DNA of 63,944 nucleotides, filler included, from an uncultured Methanosarcinales archaeon (GCA_964472345.1; 6 parts of 6 records of this genome joined end to end with filler, not necessarily neighbours in it), one strand, 5' to 3'; shown: positions 45,932-56,047, counted from the first letter of the whole stretch. The notes: generated by a model from the letters alone, not told the origin. Numbers and translations: made by a program.

Positions 45932-46060
45932 TGCGGGGGACCGGATTTGAACCGGTGTACCCACTAAGGGACAGGATGTCTTCCCCTGCCTTAAGTCCTG
46001 CGCAGTTGACCAGGCTTTGCTCTCAGAGACCGCAAGCCGTAGCGTGCCGATTACCCCCGC
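45932..46060 (-). tRNA. tRNA-Leu(TAA) with canonical intron (45978-45989) and a 31-nt insertion near position 8-10 (about 46021-46051)
   Basis: GCGGGGG/CCCCCGC-A acceptor; CAGGA-CT-TAA-G/A-TCCTG; long variable arm; 86 nt after removing both inserts. Confidence 0.88.
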
Positions 46061-46163
46061 ACTGCCTGGCTTCCCCAACGAGCGCGCAGCGCTTTAAAAA
46101 GCTATTGCCGGAAAAGGCTCTGCAGAAAGCGGCCTGCGCGGAAGCCCCACAAAAGAGCGCCCC

Positions 46164-48074
46164 TCATCTCTTCGCGCGCACTTCCTCGATGAGTTCGTTC
46201 GCCAGCGCGGCGACCTTCTTCTCCCCGTGGATCTTTTCATCGCGCGTGCGCACGTTCACCGTTGTGTTCTTCACTTCTTTGTCACCGACGACAAGGATGT
46301 AGTTGTACTGCTGCAGCTGCGCCTCGCGGATTTTCTTGCTTGTCGTTTCCGCAGCGTCATCAATGGCAACGCGGAGCCCTGCCGCACGGAGCTGATCAGC
46401 AGCCTGCCCGCAGTACGCCAGATGCCTGTCCGCGATCGGCAGCAGTATGGCCTGGTTCGGATTCAGCCACAGCGGGAACCTGCCCGCATAGTGCTCGATC
46501 AGGATGCCCATGAAGCGCTCGAGGCTTCCGAGGATGGCGCGGTGGATGATCACGGGGCGGTGCTTCCTGCCGTCAGCGCCGTCATACTCGACACCGAAGC
46601 GCTCCGGCTGGTTGAAGTCAAGCTGCACGGTGGCGCACTGCCAGCTCCGCCCCAGCGCGTCCTTGATGTGGAAATCGATCTTCGGCCCGTAAAATGCGCC
46701 TTCCCCCTGCTTCAGCGTGAATGGGAGCCTTGCCTCCGCCAGCGCCTGCTGCAGCGCTTCTTCTGCGCCTTTCCAGAGCTCGGGAGCGCCCATCGCCTTC
46801 TCCGGCTTCGTGCTCAGCTCGACATGGAAATCGAAGCCGAACACCTGATAGACGTGCTGGATAAAGCCGATCACCTGCCGCATCTCGTCACCGAGCTTCT
46901 CCGCAGGACAGAAGATATGCGCGTCGTCCTGCTGCAGCCTGCGCACGCGGAAGAGCCCGCCGAGCGTCCCCTTCAGCTCATTCCGGTGAAGTGCGCCGAA
47001 ATCAGCGAAGCGCAATGGCAGCTCGCGGTAGCTGCGCACCTGCGTCTTGTAGATCAGGATGTGGCTCGGGCAGTTCATCGGCTTCAGCGCAGCGTCCTGG
47101 CCGTCCATCCCGAGCGTGAACATGCTCTCGCGGAAGTGCTGCCAGTGGCCGCTGGTTTCCCAGAGCTGCTTGTGGAACAGCTGCGGCGTCATGACCTCCT
47201 GATAGCCCCGCTGCGCATATTCACCGCGCATGAAACCGATGAGCGTGTTGAGCAGCACGACGCCCCTGGGGTGGAAGAAGGGGCTTCCCGGGCTCTCCTC
47301 GTGGAAGCTGAACAGATCCAAGGCGGCGCCAATCCTGCGGTGGTCGCGCTTCTCCGCTTCCTCAAGCAGGTGCAGATGAGCGTCAAGCTCCTTCTGCGTG
47401 GGAAAGCTGATGCCGTAGATGCGCTGCAGGCTCGCCTTTTTCGGGTCGGCGCGCCAGTACGCCCCGGAAACTTTCAGCAGCCTGAACGCCCGAAGCAGCC
47501 CGGTCCGGGGAACATGCCCCCCGCGGCAGAGATCCGCATAAGCGCCCTGGGTATAGACCGACAGCTTCTTTGACTCGCGTGCAAACTCATCGACGAGCTC
47601 GAGCTTGTACGGGTTGCCCTTGAAGCGCTTCCGGGCCTCCGCGACCGTGACTTCCTCGCGCTTCACCTCGAGATCCTTCTTCGCCAGCTCCTGCATCCTG
47701 CTCTCGATCTTTGCAAGGTCTTCCGGAGTGAAAGGCTCCCTGCGCTCGAAGTCGTAGTAAAAGCCGTTCTCGATGGGCGGCCCGATGGTCGGCTTGGCGT
47801 CCGGCCAGAGCGAGCTCACGGCGTGGGCAAGCAGGTGCGCGCTCGAATGCCAGAACGCTTTTTTCCCCTCAGGATGCCCGAAGGTCAGGATCTCAACCTT
47901 CGCGTCTTCCCCGATGGGACGGAACAGGTCGCGCAGTTCGCCATCAACGCTCACGGCAAGCGCATCCTTCGCAAGCCGGGGCCCGATTGCTGCCGCGACA
48001 TCGCTGCCTGTCACGCCCTTCGGGAACTGCCTTGCGGCGCCGTCAGGAAATGTGATGGTGATGGTTTCAGCCAT
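46164..48074 (-). CDS. thrS: threonine--tRNA ligase, bacterial type
   Basis: TGS domain, HSSAHLLA, DLCRGGH, KPMNCPSH, GAFYGPKID, IHRAILGSLERF. Confidence 0.97.
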   Translation of the reverse strand: MAETITITFPDGAARQFPKGVTGSDVAAAIGPRLAKDALAVSVDGELRDLFRPIGEDAKVEILTFGHPEGKKAFWHSSAHLLAHAVSSLWPDAKPTIGPPIENGFYYDFERREPFTPEDLAKIESRMQELAKKDLEVKREEVTVAEARKRFKGNPYKLELVDEFARESKKLSVYTQGAYADLCRGGHVPRTGLLRAFRLLKVSGAYWRADPKKASLQRIYGISFPTQKELDAHLHLLEEAEKRDHRRIGAALDLFSFHEESPGSPFFHPRGVVLLNTLIGFMRGEYAQRGYQEVMTPQLFHKQLWETSGHWQHFRESMFTLGMDGQDAALKPMNCPSHILIYKTQVRSYRELPLRFADFGALHRNELKGTLGGLFRVRRLQQDDAHIFCPAEKLGDEMRQVIGFIQHVYQVFGFDFHVELSTKPEKAMGAPELWKGAEEALQQALAEARLPFTLKQGEGAFYGPKIDFHIKDALGRSWQCATVQLDFNQPERFGVEYDGADGRKHRPVIIHRAILGSLERFMGILIEHYAGRFPLWLNPNQAILLPIADRHLAYCGQAADQLRAAGLRVAIDDAAETTSKKIREAQLQQYNYILVVGDKEVKNTTVNVRTRDEKIHGEKKVAALANELIEEVRAKR

Positions 48075-48139
48075 GCGGCACGGAAAACCGAACGAGATTT
48101 AAAAAGGTGTCGGCAGAGAGACTTTTGTGAAACATAACT

Positions 48140-48313
48140 GGGGTTGGTGCGAAATTCGCTCACGCGTCACTGCCAGCTCACTCCGCTGATTTCCTGCTGC
48201 CTTTCTCGCAGCATCCCACAGCTTGCGCCGAAGGAAATCAGTCCCACGGGCTCTGCAAGCAGCGGACGGCGTCGCTCGCAAAGGGGAGGCAGTGCACATT
48301 TCGCACCAACCCC
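48140..48313. mobile_element. 174-bp MITE-like element with perfect 16-bp TIRs
   Basis: GGGGTTGGTGCGAAAT (48140-48155)/ATTTCGCACCAACCCC (48298-48313); internal IR CTGATTTCCT/AGGAAATCAG; no target duplication seen. Confidence 0.7.
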
Positions 48314-48383
48314 GATCCGACCAAAAGACTTATATAGCATCGAATGACCCCGTTCCCCCATCAACCCGAAGGAGGTCTGTCCA

Positions 48384-48662
48384 ATGAACACAAAACTGGT
48401 AATGGTTGTTGTCGGTCTGCTGTCCGTCTGGCTGCTCACCCTCGGCGGCTGCGAAGTCAGCACCAGCGGTGGCTTCTCGAAGGAGCTCTCTGTGAGCATG
48501 TCACCCGGAACAGCGAAGGTAAGCGAGCTGCCTGGCGCGGGCCTTGTCTGCAAGGAAGGCGTTGCGAAGGGCGTTTCGCCCAGCTGTGTCGCGCTCAGCG
48601 CTGACGGCACGGAGCTGACCAACAACTGCGGAAACACCGTAAGCGTCAAAGTGATGTGTTAA
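48384..48662 (+). CDS. small Cys-rich lipoprotein
   Basis: GGAGG RBS; leader ending LGGC; four further Cys. Confidence 0.7.
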   Translation: MNTKLVMVVVGLLSVWLLTLGGCEVSTSGGFSKELSVSMSPGTAKVSELPGAGLVCKEGVAKGVSPSCVALSADGTELTNNCGNTVSVKVMC

Positions 48663-48682
48663 TCTTTTCTTCTTTCTTTTTT

Positions 48683-48901
48683 TTATAATTCATGGCGCTC
48701 GGGAGCCTGCTTTGCGTGAATATCTTCAAGAAGCCGCGTCAAACCTTTGTCGAGAGCGGCGGGAACCTGCGCCCATCCCACCACAAACCCATTCCCTTCC
48801 ATGAGCGCAATAAACCCTGCGTCGAACGGGTCGGGGCCGATGAGATAACATGTTTTTCTTTCCTTGCCATCCGAGGTTTCCAGACTGTAGATAATGGACA
48901 T
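48683..48901 (-). CDS. small hypothetical protein
   Basis: 72-aa ORF with protein-like composition. Confidence 0.45.
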   Translation of the reverse strand: MSIIYSLETSDGKERKTCYLIGPDPFDAGFIALMEGNGFVVGWAQVPAALDKGLTRLLEDIHAKQAPERHEL

Positions 48902-49051
48902 GTCACAACCCTTCCATCATCGCGTGCCTGAGCACGGCAAGATCCATTTCCCCCGCCTGCAAAAACCATATCTGCAAAGGAGAGAGCATCACTGTCATAC
49001 CGGCCGCAGTGCAGAACCGCAGGCATCCGGGCCGCGGGCGACGATCAGCCC

Positions 49052-49744
49052 TCACACCACGCGCACCGCAAACCCTTTCATGATCGTGCTGCGCAGGTCC
49101 CACAGGTTCACCATCGGCAGCCTCGTGTCCTCGATGATGCGCGGGCAGGCCGTGTTGACCCAGCATTCGACAAACGGGAAGTTGGCAAGCTGGCCGATGT
49201 CCAGCGTCTCGGAAAGGAAAACAGAAGCTTTCGTGTCCTGCAGGGCGAGGCGCCGCTTCAGCTCAAGCGCGGCAGGCAGGTTGTTCTGCCCCGGCTTGGC
49301 GCTCACGAGGATGCCGATGCGCGCCGCGGCGTGAAACCGCGCGAGGCTCGCCGTCCTCCTGCGCTGCACCGCCTGCATATCACGCTGCGTCAGCTTCTGT
49401 GTCTTGCCGGTGAACGGGTTGTGGTAATACACCGGCTGGCCGTTGCCGTACAGGAAAGCGGTCGGATGGAACAGCCCATCGCCGACGTAGAGGAACGCAT
49501 CGAACTGCCTGCCGCTCGTGAAGATGTCGCAGCCGAGCACCTGCCCGCCCGCAGTGCCGTGCACGCCGCGAAAGAGCAGCACCTGCTTTCCTGCTGCGTG
49601 AAGCTGTTTGGCAAAGCCCGGGAGCTGCTCACGGAACTGAATCGTGCCTGCGAGCAGCACCGTCGCCGGCAGCTGCCGGAGCAGCGTCCGCGGCAGCGTG
49701 ATATTGCCGTCGTACTTCGTCTCGATGTGGACCAGTTTCATCAT
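49052..49744 (-). CDS. dph2: diphthamide synthesis Dph1/Dph2-family protein (short form)
   Basis: TIQF, GQVLGCD, YVGDGLFH, KPGQ, NTACPRI. Confidence 0.85.
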   Translation of the reverse strand: MMKLVHIETKYDGNITLPRTLLRQLPATVLLAGTIQFREQLPGFAKQLHAAGKQVLLFRGVHGTAGGQVLGCDIFTSGRQFDAFLYVGDGLFHPTAFLYGNGQPVYYHNPFTGKTQKLTQRDMQAVQRRRTASLARFHAAARIGILVSAKPGQNNLPAALELKRRLALQDTKASVFLSETLDIGQLANFPFVECWVNTACPRIIEDTRLPMVNLWDLRSTIMKGFAVRVV

Positions 49745-49838
49745 GGCTGCCAAGGGATCAGCCGCGGGAAGGCGGGGTTGGCGGAACAGGAGGCAGGGCG
49801 GCACAACCTTTTTAAAACTTCTCCCGCTCCTGGGCTTT

Positions 49839-50041
49839 ATGCCGACGGAGCTCAAAAGCCAGAAGTGCCCCATCTGCAGCAAGAGCACGCTGACGCTGCG
49901 CGAGGAAGAGATCGACGTGCCGCACTTCGGCAGGACGTTCATCTTCTCCATGACGTGCGACGGCTGCGGCTACCGCAAGGCGGATCTTGAGGCAGGAGAG
50001 CAGAAAGAGCCCTGCCGCTACACCTTTGAGATCAAGGATGA
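49839..50041 (+). CDS. ZPR1 zinc-finger protein, 3'-truncated
   Basis: CPIC...DVPHFG..IFSMTCDGCGYRKAD. Confidence 0.88.
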
Positions 50042-50141
50042 NNNNNNNNNNNNNNNNNNNNNNNNNNNNNNNNNNNNNNNNNNNNTTAATTAATTAANNN
50101 NNNNNNNNNNNNNNNNNNNNNNNNNNNNNNNNNNNNNNNNN
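50042..50141. other. artificial contig linker
   Basis: N-run/TTAATTAATTAA/N-run. Confidence 0.98.
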
Positions 50142-50207
50142 GTGCGGCGCTCCCCGTTCCTTTTTCAGGCAGGCGCTGGTTGTCTGCAATCCCGTTTCAG
50201 GACCGGA

Positions 50208-51218
50208 TCAGTGAAAAACCCCTTCACTCGCTTCTGCATTCTCTTTTGCGCGCCGGAGCAGGACTGTTTGCGCTGCGGCGACATTGGCGGCCTTGCCGTT
50301 CCAGACCTTAAGCGCCTCGCGCTGCAGGCCGCGGCCATAAGAAAACGTGAGGCGCCAGGGAAGCCGGCCTGTGGAGGACGCGGTGTTCATGGCATTGAGG
50401 CGGATCGTTGCGTCCCTGTCGCTCTGGCCGCCCGAGAGGAATGCGATGCCGGGAACTTCTTTCGGAACGGTTGTCTTCAGGCAGCGGATCGTCATCTCAG
50501 CAACGGTGTCAGGATCAGCCTGCTCAGGGCAGCCATAGCCGGAGAGCACCATGTTGGGCTTGAGAATGGTACCTTCGAGCAGGACGCCGGCCTTTTTCAG
50601 CTCAGCGAAGACGGCTTTCTGCACCGCGGCGGTCACCTCGAATGAACGCTGGATCGTGTGCGTGCCGTCCATGAGCACTTCCGGCTCGACGATCGGCACA
50701 ATGTCCTGCTCATGGCAGAGCACAGCGTAGCGCGCCAGCGCGTTGGCGTTTGCGTCAATGCAGGCCTGCGTCGGGATGCCGCTGCCAATTGCTATGACTG
50801 CACGCCACTTGGCAAACTGCGCACCGAGCTTCTTGTATTCCGCAAGGCGCCCGCGCAGGCCATCGAGCCCTTCGGTGAGCAGCTCACCGGGAGCGAACTC
50901 CCTCGTGCCATTGTCCACCTTGATGCCCTGCAGGATGCCCTGCTTCTTCAGGACAGCGGGAAACGGAATGCCTGCCGTGGTTTTCTGCCGGATCGTTTCA
51001 TCAAACAGGATGGCGCCGCTGATGTACCTGCCGAGGCCGGGTGTGGTAATCAGCATCTCACGGTAGGCGCGGCGGGTTTCCTCACTGTCTTTTACGCCAA
51101 CTTCATCGAAGCGCTTCCTGATGGTGCCTGCGCTCTCGTCCATGGCGAGAATTCCCTTGCCCGGTGCGACAAGCGCGCGGGCGATTCGACTGAGTTTTTG
51201 CGGATCCATGGTGCTCAT
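50208..51218 (-). CDS. class I fructose-bisphosphate aldolase (eukaryote/bacterial Glycolytic family)
   Basis: GKGILAMDES, GIKVD, FAKWR, VPIVEPEV, LKPNMV, FLSGGQS, TFSYGR. Confidence 0.95.
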   Translation of the reverse strand: MSTMDPQKLSRIARALVAPGKGILAMDESAGTIRKRFDEVGVKDSEETRRAYREMLITTPGLGRYISGAILFDETIRQKTTAGIPFPAVLKKQGILQGIKVDNGTREFAPGELLTEGLDGLRGRLAEYKKLGAQFAKWRAVIAIGSGIPTQACIDANANALARYAVLCHEQDIVPIVEPEVLMDGTHTIQRSFEVTAAVQKAVFAELKKAGVLLEGTILKPNMVLSGYGCPEQADPDTVAEMTIRCLKTTVPKEVPGIAFLSGGQSDRDATIRLNAMNTASSTGRLPWRLTFSYGRGLQREALKVWNGKAANVAAAQTVLLRRAKENAEASEGVFH

Positions 51219-51219
51219 C

Positions 51220-52158
51220 TCAGCATAGGTGTGCTGCGGTGATGTAGCGGATTGTTCCTGACTTCCTCCGCATGACTGCTGAATGGGTTGACGCGGCCTT
51301 CTCCCTGAATGTGACTCCCTGCAGGAACGGGCCGCTGCTTACACCCGTGGCGACGAACTGCAGCTCATCGCCCTTGGCAAGCTCTTCGATGGTGAAGATG
51401 TGATCAAGGTCCTTGATGCCCAGGGCGTGCGCCTGCTGCGCGTATTTTTCCTCGTGAGGCTTCAGGATGCCCTGGAAGTCGCCGCCCAGGCACTTGACAC
51501 CTGCTGCGGTGATCACCGCTTCAGGAGCGCCGCCGATGCCCAGCATCACATCGATCTCATTTTCCGGGGTGGCTGCAGCAAGTCCGGCAGCGACGGTGCC
51601 GTGCTCGAGCAGCAGGAGGCGGCAGCCAAGGGCGCGCAGTTCCCTGATGAGCTGCTCGTGGCGGCCGCGATCGAGAATGGCAACCGCAAGGTCATTGACG
51701 GATTTGTTCAAGGCAGCGGCGATTTCCCTGATGTTCTTCTTCAGCGGGGCGGTGATGTCAATCGCTCCCTTTGCCGCTGCACCGACCGCAATCTGGTCCA
51801 TGTAGGTGCCGGGAGCGCTGAGGAGCGAGCCTTTGGGGCCTGCTGCCAAGACGGTAATCGCGTTCCCCCTGCCTTTGGCGACGAGCTCGGTGCCTTCCAA
51901 TGGGTCAACGGCGATGTCGATCTTCGGGCCTTTTTTTGTTCCGAGCTGCTCGCCGATATAGAGCATAGGCGCTTCGTCCTTGTCGCCCTCGCCGATGACC
52001 ACGGTGCCGTCAAAATCGACGCTGTTGAAGCGTGTACGCATCGCGGTTACCGCAGCCTGGTCGGCAGCGCGCTTATCTCCCCTGCCGAGCCAGCGCGCCG
52101 CGGCGATGGCTGCCTCCTCTGTGACGCGGACGAACTCGAGGGCGAGATTGCGGTCCAT
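51220..52158 (-). CDS. glpX: class II fructose-1,6-bisphosphatase
   Basis: RVTEEAA, VIGEG.KDEAPMLYIGE, DIAVDPLEGT, GIGGAPE. Confidence 0.93.
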   Translation of the reverse strand: MDRNLALEFVRVTEEAAIAAARWLGRGDKRAADQAAVTAMRTRFNSVDFDGTVVIGEGDKDEAPMLYIGEQLGTKKGPKIDIAVDPLEGTELVAKGRGNAITVLAAGPKGSLLSAPGTYMDQIAVGAAAKGAIDITAPLKKNIREIAAALNKSVNDLAVAILDRGRHEQLIRELRALGCRLLLLEHGTVAAGLAAATPENEIDVMLGIGGAPEAVITAAGVKCLGGDFQGILKPHEEKYAQQAHALGIKDLDHIFTIEELAKGDELQFVATGVSSGPFLQGVTFREKAASTHSAVMRRKSGTIRYITAAHLC

Positions 52159-52236
52159 GCTGTAAATGAGATAGGGGGGGATTAAAAGGTTTTGGTTGAG
52201 GGTATGATGCCGTCCGGTGCGGTTGTGAAAGGGTGA

Positions 52237-52764
52237 CTACCGAAGCGCGGCGAGATATGTCTGCGCAAGCACCTCAAGGACACTGCGTTCCCAGCTGCGG
52301 CGCTTGAGCATCGTCGTGATGAGGGCACGCGCACGGTCTCTGGTGATGCTTCCTTTTTTCAGCAGCTGCATAATGACTGCAATGGAAATCCTGATCATTA
52401 TTCCGCGTGCCTGTGCCTTGCCCGCGAGCGCGTAGGCAGCGTCAACGTCGTCCATGATGAGCAATGGAATGCGCTGCTCGATGCACAGGCAAACGCATGC
52501 CGCTTCGCCGTGGTGGACATCGGCGCTGATGAGCGACTCGATACGCTGCTTGTTTTTTACCGGGAGAAGCTGCTGCCGGCCTGTTCGGAAGAATGTGAGC
52601 GCATCGTGTGCCGCATGGCCTTCTGCATCGGCGTATTTGCCAAGCTCCTGGAGCTCTGATTGCACCTCGTCAGGTATGATGAGCGTGACGACCTGCATGC
52701 TTTGCCTGAGGATGCCGGTAAGCGCGAGCGAGATGACGGCAGAGGTGTCTATGATGGCTTTCAT
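52237..52764 (-). CDS. PIN-domain (VapC-like) toxin
   Basis: IIDTS, EVQSEL, GEAAC, LIMDD. Confidence 0.85.
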   Translation of the reverse strand: MKAIIDTSAVISLALTGILRQSMQVVTLIIPDEVQSELQELGKYADAEGHAAHDALTFFRTGRQQLLPVKNKQRIESLISADVHHGEAACVCLCIEQRIPLLIMDDVDAAYALAGKAQARGIMIRISIAVIMQLLKKGSITRDRARALITTMLKRRSWERSVLEVLAQTYLAALR

Positions 52765-53060
52765 TCGAGACCGAGCTCAAAGGATCTCTTTGCTGTTTCA
52801 AGGTAGAACGCAATCTTCTGCGCTTCCTTATAGCCGAGGTAGTTGACCATATCTTCGAATGACAGCCTGCCCTCGGCGAATTTCTTCGCTATGAAGCGCT
52901 TGACGTCTTCGAGCTCGGTCTCTTTTTTCATGTATTCCTGCAATGCTTTACGGATAAGCTCGGAGCGGGGAGTCGCTTTTTCCTTCGCAAGCTCGTGCAG
53001 CTGCTGTTCCAGCGCGGGCTCGACGCGGACGGTGAGGACCTCATGCTTGGTTTGATGCAT
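52761..53060 (-). CDS. RHH antitoxin
   Basis: LTVRVE...RSELIRKAL; ATGA overlap with the PIN gene. Confidence 0.85.
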   Translation of the reverse strand: MHQTKHEVLTVRVEPALEQQLHELAKEKATPRSELIRKALQEYMKKETELEDVKRFIAKKFAEGRLSFEDMVNYLGYKEAQKIAFYLETAKRSFELGLE

Positions 53061-53241
53061 GGTATTACAAATGTATTACATATATAAAAAGGTTTTGGCC
53101 TCTTGGCGCTGCGGTCTGATCCCTGCCGCCCGTTTCGCACAAAAGGGAGTTATGTCAGTCAGCATGAGAGCGCCTGTTAACGGGGTAGTGCCTGAGGCAG
53201 GAATCGCAGTGTTTTTAAACAGCAGCAGAATACCCCTTCCC

Positions 53242-54582
53242 ATGGCACTCGAAGTGATGGGCATCGGCGGCTACCAGGAGATCGGAAGGCATTCTACTGC
53301 AATCAAGGTCGATGAGGAAGTGATCATTCTTGACCTTGGGCTGCACATGGAGAATTATGTCAAGTACACGGAGGACGAGAATATCGGCACGGTGACGGCA
53401 AGGACCGCAAGGGAGCTGACGAAAGTGCATGCCATCCCGGACCTTGCGCACCTGGGCGACTGGAAAGAGCGTGTGAAGGCGATCGTGCCGAGCCATGCAC
53501 ACCTTGACCATGTCGGCGCGATACCGTTCCTCGCTGCAGCGCTGCCGGTGCCGGTTATCGCGACGCCGTTCACGATCGAGGTGGTCAAGGCGCTGGCGGA
53601 GGCGCAGGGCATCAGGCTGCGGAACAAGCTCATCAGGATAAGCCCCAATTCCTCATTCAAGGTTTCGGAGCGCGTCACCGCAGAGCTGATCCATGTGACG
53701 CACAGCACGCCGCAGACGGCGATCATCGCGCTCCACACCCCGTACGGCGTGGTGCTGTACGCAAATGACTTCAAGCTTGACAATGCGCCGGTGCTGGGGC
53801 CGAAGCCCAACTACGCACGCCTGCGGCAGCTGCAGGGAAAGGTCGCGCTGCTCATCACCAACTGCCTGTACGCAGGGCACCATGCGCGCACGCCCTCCGA
53901 ATCGATCGCGAAGCAGCTGCTGAAGGAAACGCTGCTCGAGACGGATACGCGCGGGAAAGCAGTCATCGTGACAACGTTCAGCAGCCACATGGCGCGGCTG
54001 AAAAGCATCCTTGAGTTCGGGAGGCGGATGAACCGCCGGGTGGTGTTCCTCGGAAGATCGCTGCACCGGTACGTGCATGCTGCGGAATCCGTCGGTCTCG
54101 TCGATTTCACGCGCCACGTCGGGCCGATCGCATTCGGGGAGCGGGCGCGGCGGGCGCTCAGGAAGATATCCGCGCAGAAGGAGCGCTACCTAATCGTCAT
54201 GACAGGGCACCAGGGCGAGCCCAAGTCAGTCTTATCGCGGATTGCGAGTGATGACTACCCGTTCGCATTTTCGCCGGGAGACATCGTGGTTTTCTCCTGC
54301 AAGACGATTCCGGCGCCCGTCACGCTCGCAAACCGGAAGGTGCTGGAGACAAAGCTGAACGACAAGGGGATCCGCATGTTCTTTGACATCCATGTTTCAG
54401 GGCACGCGGCGCGCGAGGACCTGCGGGAGCTGATCGAGATGGTGAAGCCCGAGCATATCATCCCCACGCACGGCGAGCCGCAGATGCTCGTGGCGCTTGC
54501 TGACCTCGCGCGCCATGTCGGCTACACGCCGGAGCAGGTGCACCTGATCGCGAACGGGCAGCGGCTGAGGATTGCGGAGTAG
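53242..54582 (+). CDS. rnj: RNase J-family beta-CASP ribonuclease
   Basis: GGYQEIGR, SHAHLDHVG, THSTP, DFKLD, TTFSSH, TGHQGEP, HVSGHA. Confidence 0.92.
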   Translation: MALEVMGIGGYQEIGRHSTAIKVDEEVIILDLGLHMENYVKYTEDENIGTVTARTARELTKVHAIPDLAHLGDWKERVKAIVPSHAHLDHVGAIPFLAAALPVPVIATPFTIEVVKALAEAQGIRLRNKLIRISPNSSFKVSERVTAELIHVTHSTPQTAIIALHTPYGVVLYANDFKLDNAPVLGPKPNYARLRQLQGKVALLITNCLYAGHHARTPSESIAKQLLKETLLETDTRGKAVIVTTFSSHMARLKSILEFGRRMNRRVVFLGRSLHRYVHAAESVGLVDFTRHVGPIAFGERARRALRKISAQKERYLIVMTGHQGEPKSVLSRIASDDYPFAFSPGDIVVFSCKTIPAPVTLANRKVLETKLNDKGIRMFFDIHVSGHAAREDLRELIEMVKPEHIIPTHGEPQMLVALADLARHVGYTPEQVHLIANGQRLRIAE

Positions 54583-54654
54583 CTGGAGATCCCAGCGAAA
54601 AACGGGCAAAAAGTATAAATAGCACTGCCCGCTCCACGCTTTCCAGGGGGTTGC

Positions 54655-55395
54655 ATGCGTTTAACACTTGCCGAGCCGAGATACCTGAAGGACAGCGTCA
54701 GTGTGATTTCTGACCTTGTGAATGAAGGGAAGTTCCTCGTCCGCAAGGACGGCGTGGAGCTGGTCGCCATGGATCCCGCGAACGTGGCGATGGTGATTTT
54801 CCGGCTGCTGGCGACGACGTTCACCGAGTATGACGTGAAGAAAGATACGGAACTGGCGATCAATCTCGCGCAGCTGAAGCAAATCCTGCGGCGGGCGAAG
54901 TCCAATGATACCGTGACGCTCGAAGATGAGGAAGGGAAGCTTAAGGTGCAGTTCCGCTCGGACACGGTGCGGACGTTCAGCATCCCGATCCTCGAGCTGG
55001 ACGAGAAAGAGCAGCGCGTGCCGGAGCTGACGTTCCCGGTCTCGATCGAGACGAACTCCTCGGTGCTCGCTGAGGCCATCGGCGACGTCAGTGTGGTCGC
55101 GGAAAGCGTGCTGTTCGCTGCGGACAAGACAAATTTCACCATCGCCGCGGAAGGCGAGCTCAGCAAGGCGCGGATTGAGCTGAAGCAGGACCAGAACACC
55201 AAGCTCACGAACAAGGGCGACAAGGTGAAGGCAAAATACAGCGTCGAGTACCTGAAGAAGATGATCGAAGGCGGGAAGCTCGCGGAGCAGGTCACCATCC
55301 AGTTCAGCAACGACTACCCGCTGCGGCTGGACTACAAGCAGATCGACAAGGTGGCGCTGAGCTTCATCCTGGCGCCGAGGGTGGAGAATGATTAA
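54655..55395 (+). CDS. pcn: DNA sliding clamp PCNA
   Basis: AMDPANVAMV, YSVEYLKKM, DYPLRLDY, FILAPRVE. Confidence 0.96.
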   Translation: MRLTLAEPRYLKDSVSVISDLVNEGKFLVRKDGVELVAMDPANVAMVIFRLLATTFTEYDVKKDTELAINLAQLKQILRRAKSNDTVTLEDEEGKLKVQFRSDTVRTFSIPILELDEKEQRVPELTFPVSIETNSSVLAEAIGDVSVVAESVLFAADKTNFTIAAEGELSKARIELKQDQNTKLTNKGDKVKAKYSVEYLKKMIEGGKLAEQVTIQFSNDYPLRLDYKQIDKVALSFILAPRVEND

Positions 55396-55518
55396 ACGCA
55401 GCTCATGAATGTCGGAGAGCTACTCCAGTCAGGAAAAACGGTCTTCTCCTAAGGACGTGCAAGGCGTTCTCCTCCCAAAAAACGCAAGGTTTAAAATAGT
55501 GCAGAACGTGCTGCCGCT

Positions 55519-56040
55519 ATGCACTTGTTTCGGCTCATTGGCAGGGCTCTTCGCGCTTTTCCTGGTGGGGGAGCGCTCCGCAAGCAGATAAAAAAGCTCA
55601 ATGTGCTTCGGCAGCAAGGTCTAAGACTCGCTGATGAAGTTGAAGCCCTTATAGATAAATTCCCGACGGAGATAAGCGCTTCTCCCGGGAGTGGTCTTAA
55701 ACGGGTTCATGTCTCTTCCGGGAGTGGTCTTACACTGATCCAGGACTTTCGTAGTTGTTTAGGTGTTCGTGTCCCTCTGGAGAACTATGGGACAGCTAGA
55801 AATCATTCTGAGAATAAAGCGATCATTGATTTAGCAGTTAAGAACTTGACAAGAATAAATGCAACTGCAGGTTTAGTAATAGATGCGATTAAGCTGCTAT
55901 CGGGTGATGTCCCTTATATCAATGAAGTTCGAGCCAACTTCGATCAATTCATTCGTTCCATCAGAAAGCTCAAAGCTGAATTAAACCAGTTCGAAAAAAA
56001 GATAAAGCAACAACCGCAGTTTGTAGGATCCGCACGGTGA
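55519..56040 (+). CDS. lower-GC hypothetical protein
   Basis: 173-aa ORF after TTTAAAATA; in-frame 15-bp internal duplication (55685/55718). Confidence 0.55.
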   Translation: MHLFRLIGRALRAFPGGGALRKQIKKLNVLRQQGLRLADEVEALIDKFPTEISASPGSGLKRVHVSSGSGLTLIQDFRSCLGVRVPLENYGTARNHSENKAIIDLAVKNLTRINATAGLVIDAIKLLSGDVPYINEVRANFDQFIRSIRKLKAELNQFEKKIKQQPQFVGSAR

Positions 56041-56047
56041 TTGGTTC

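Noticed and set aside
45616..46302. 228-aa ORF spanning the island edge
   Set aside because: A chimera of a pseudogene fragment read through the antisense of tRNA-Leu and the thrS 3' end.
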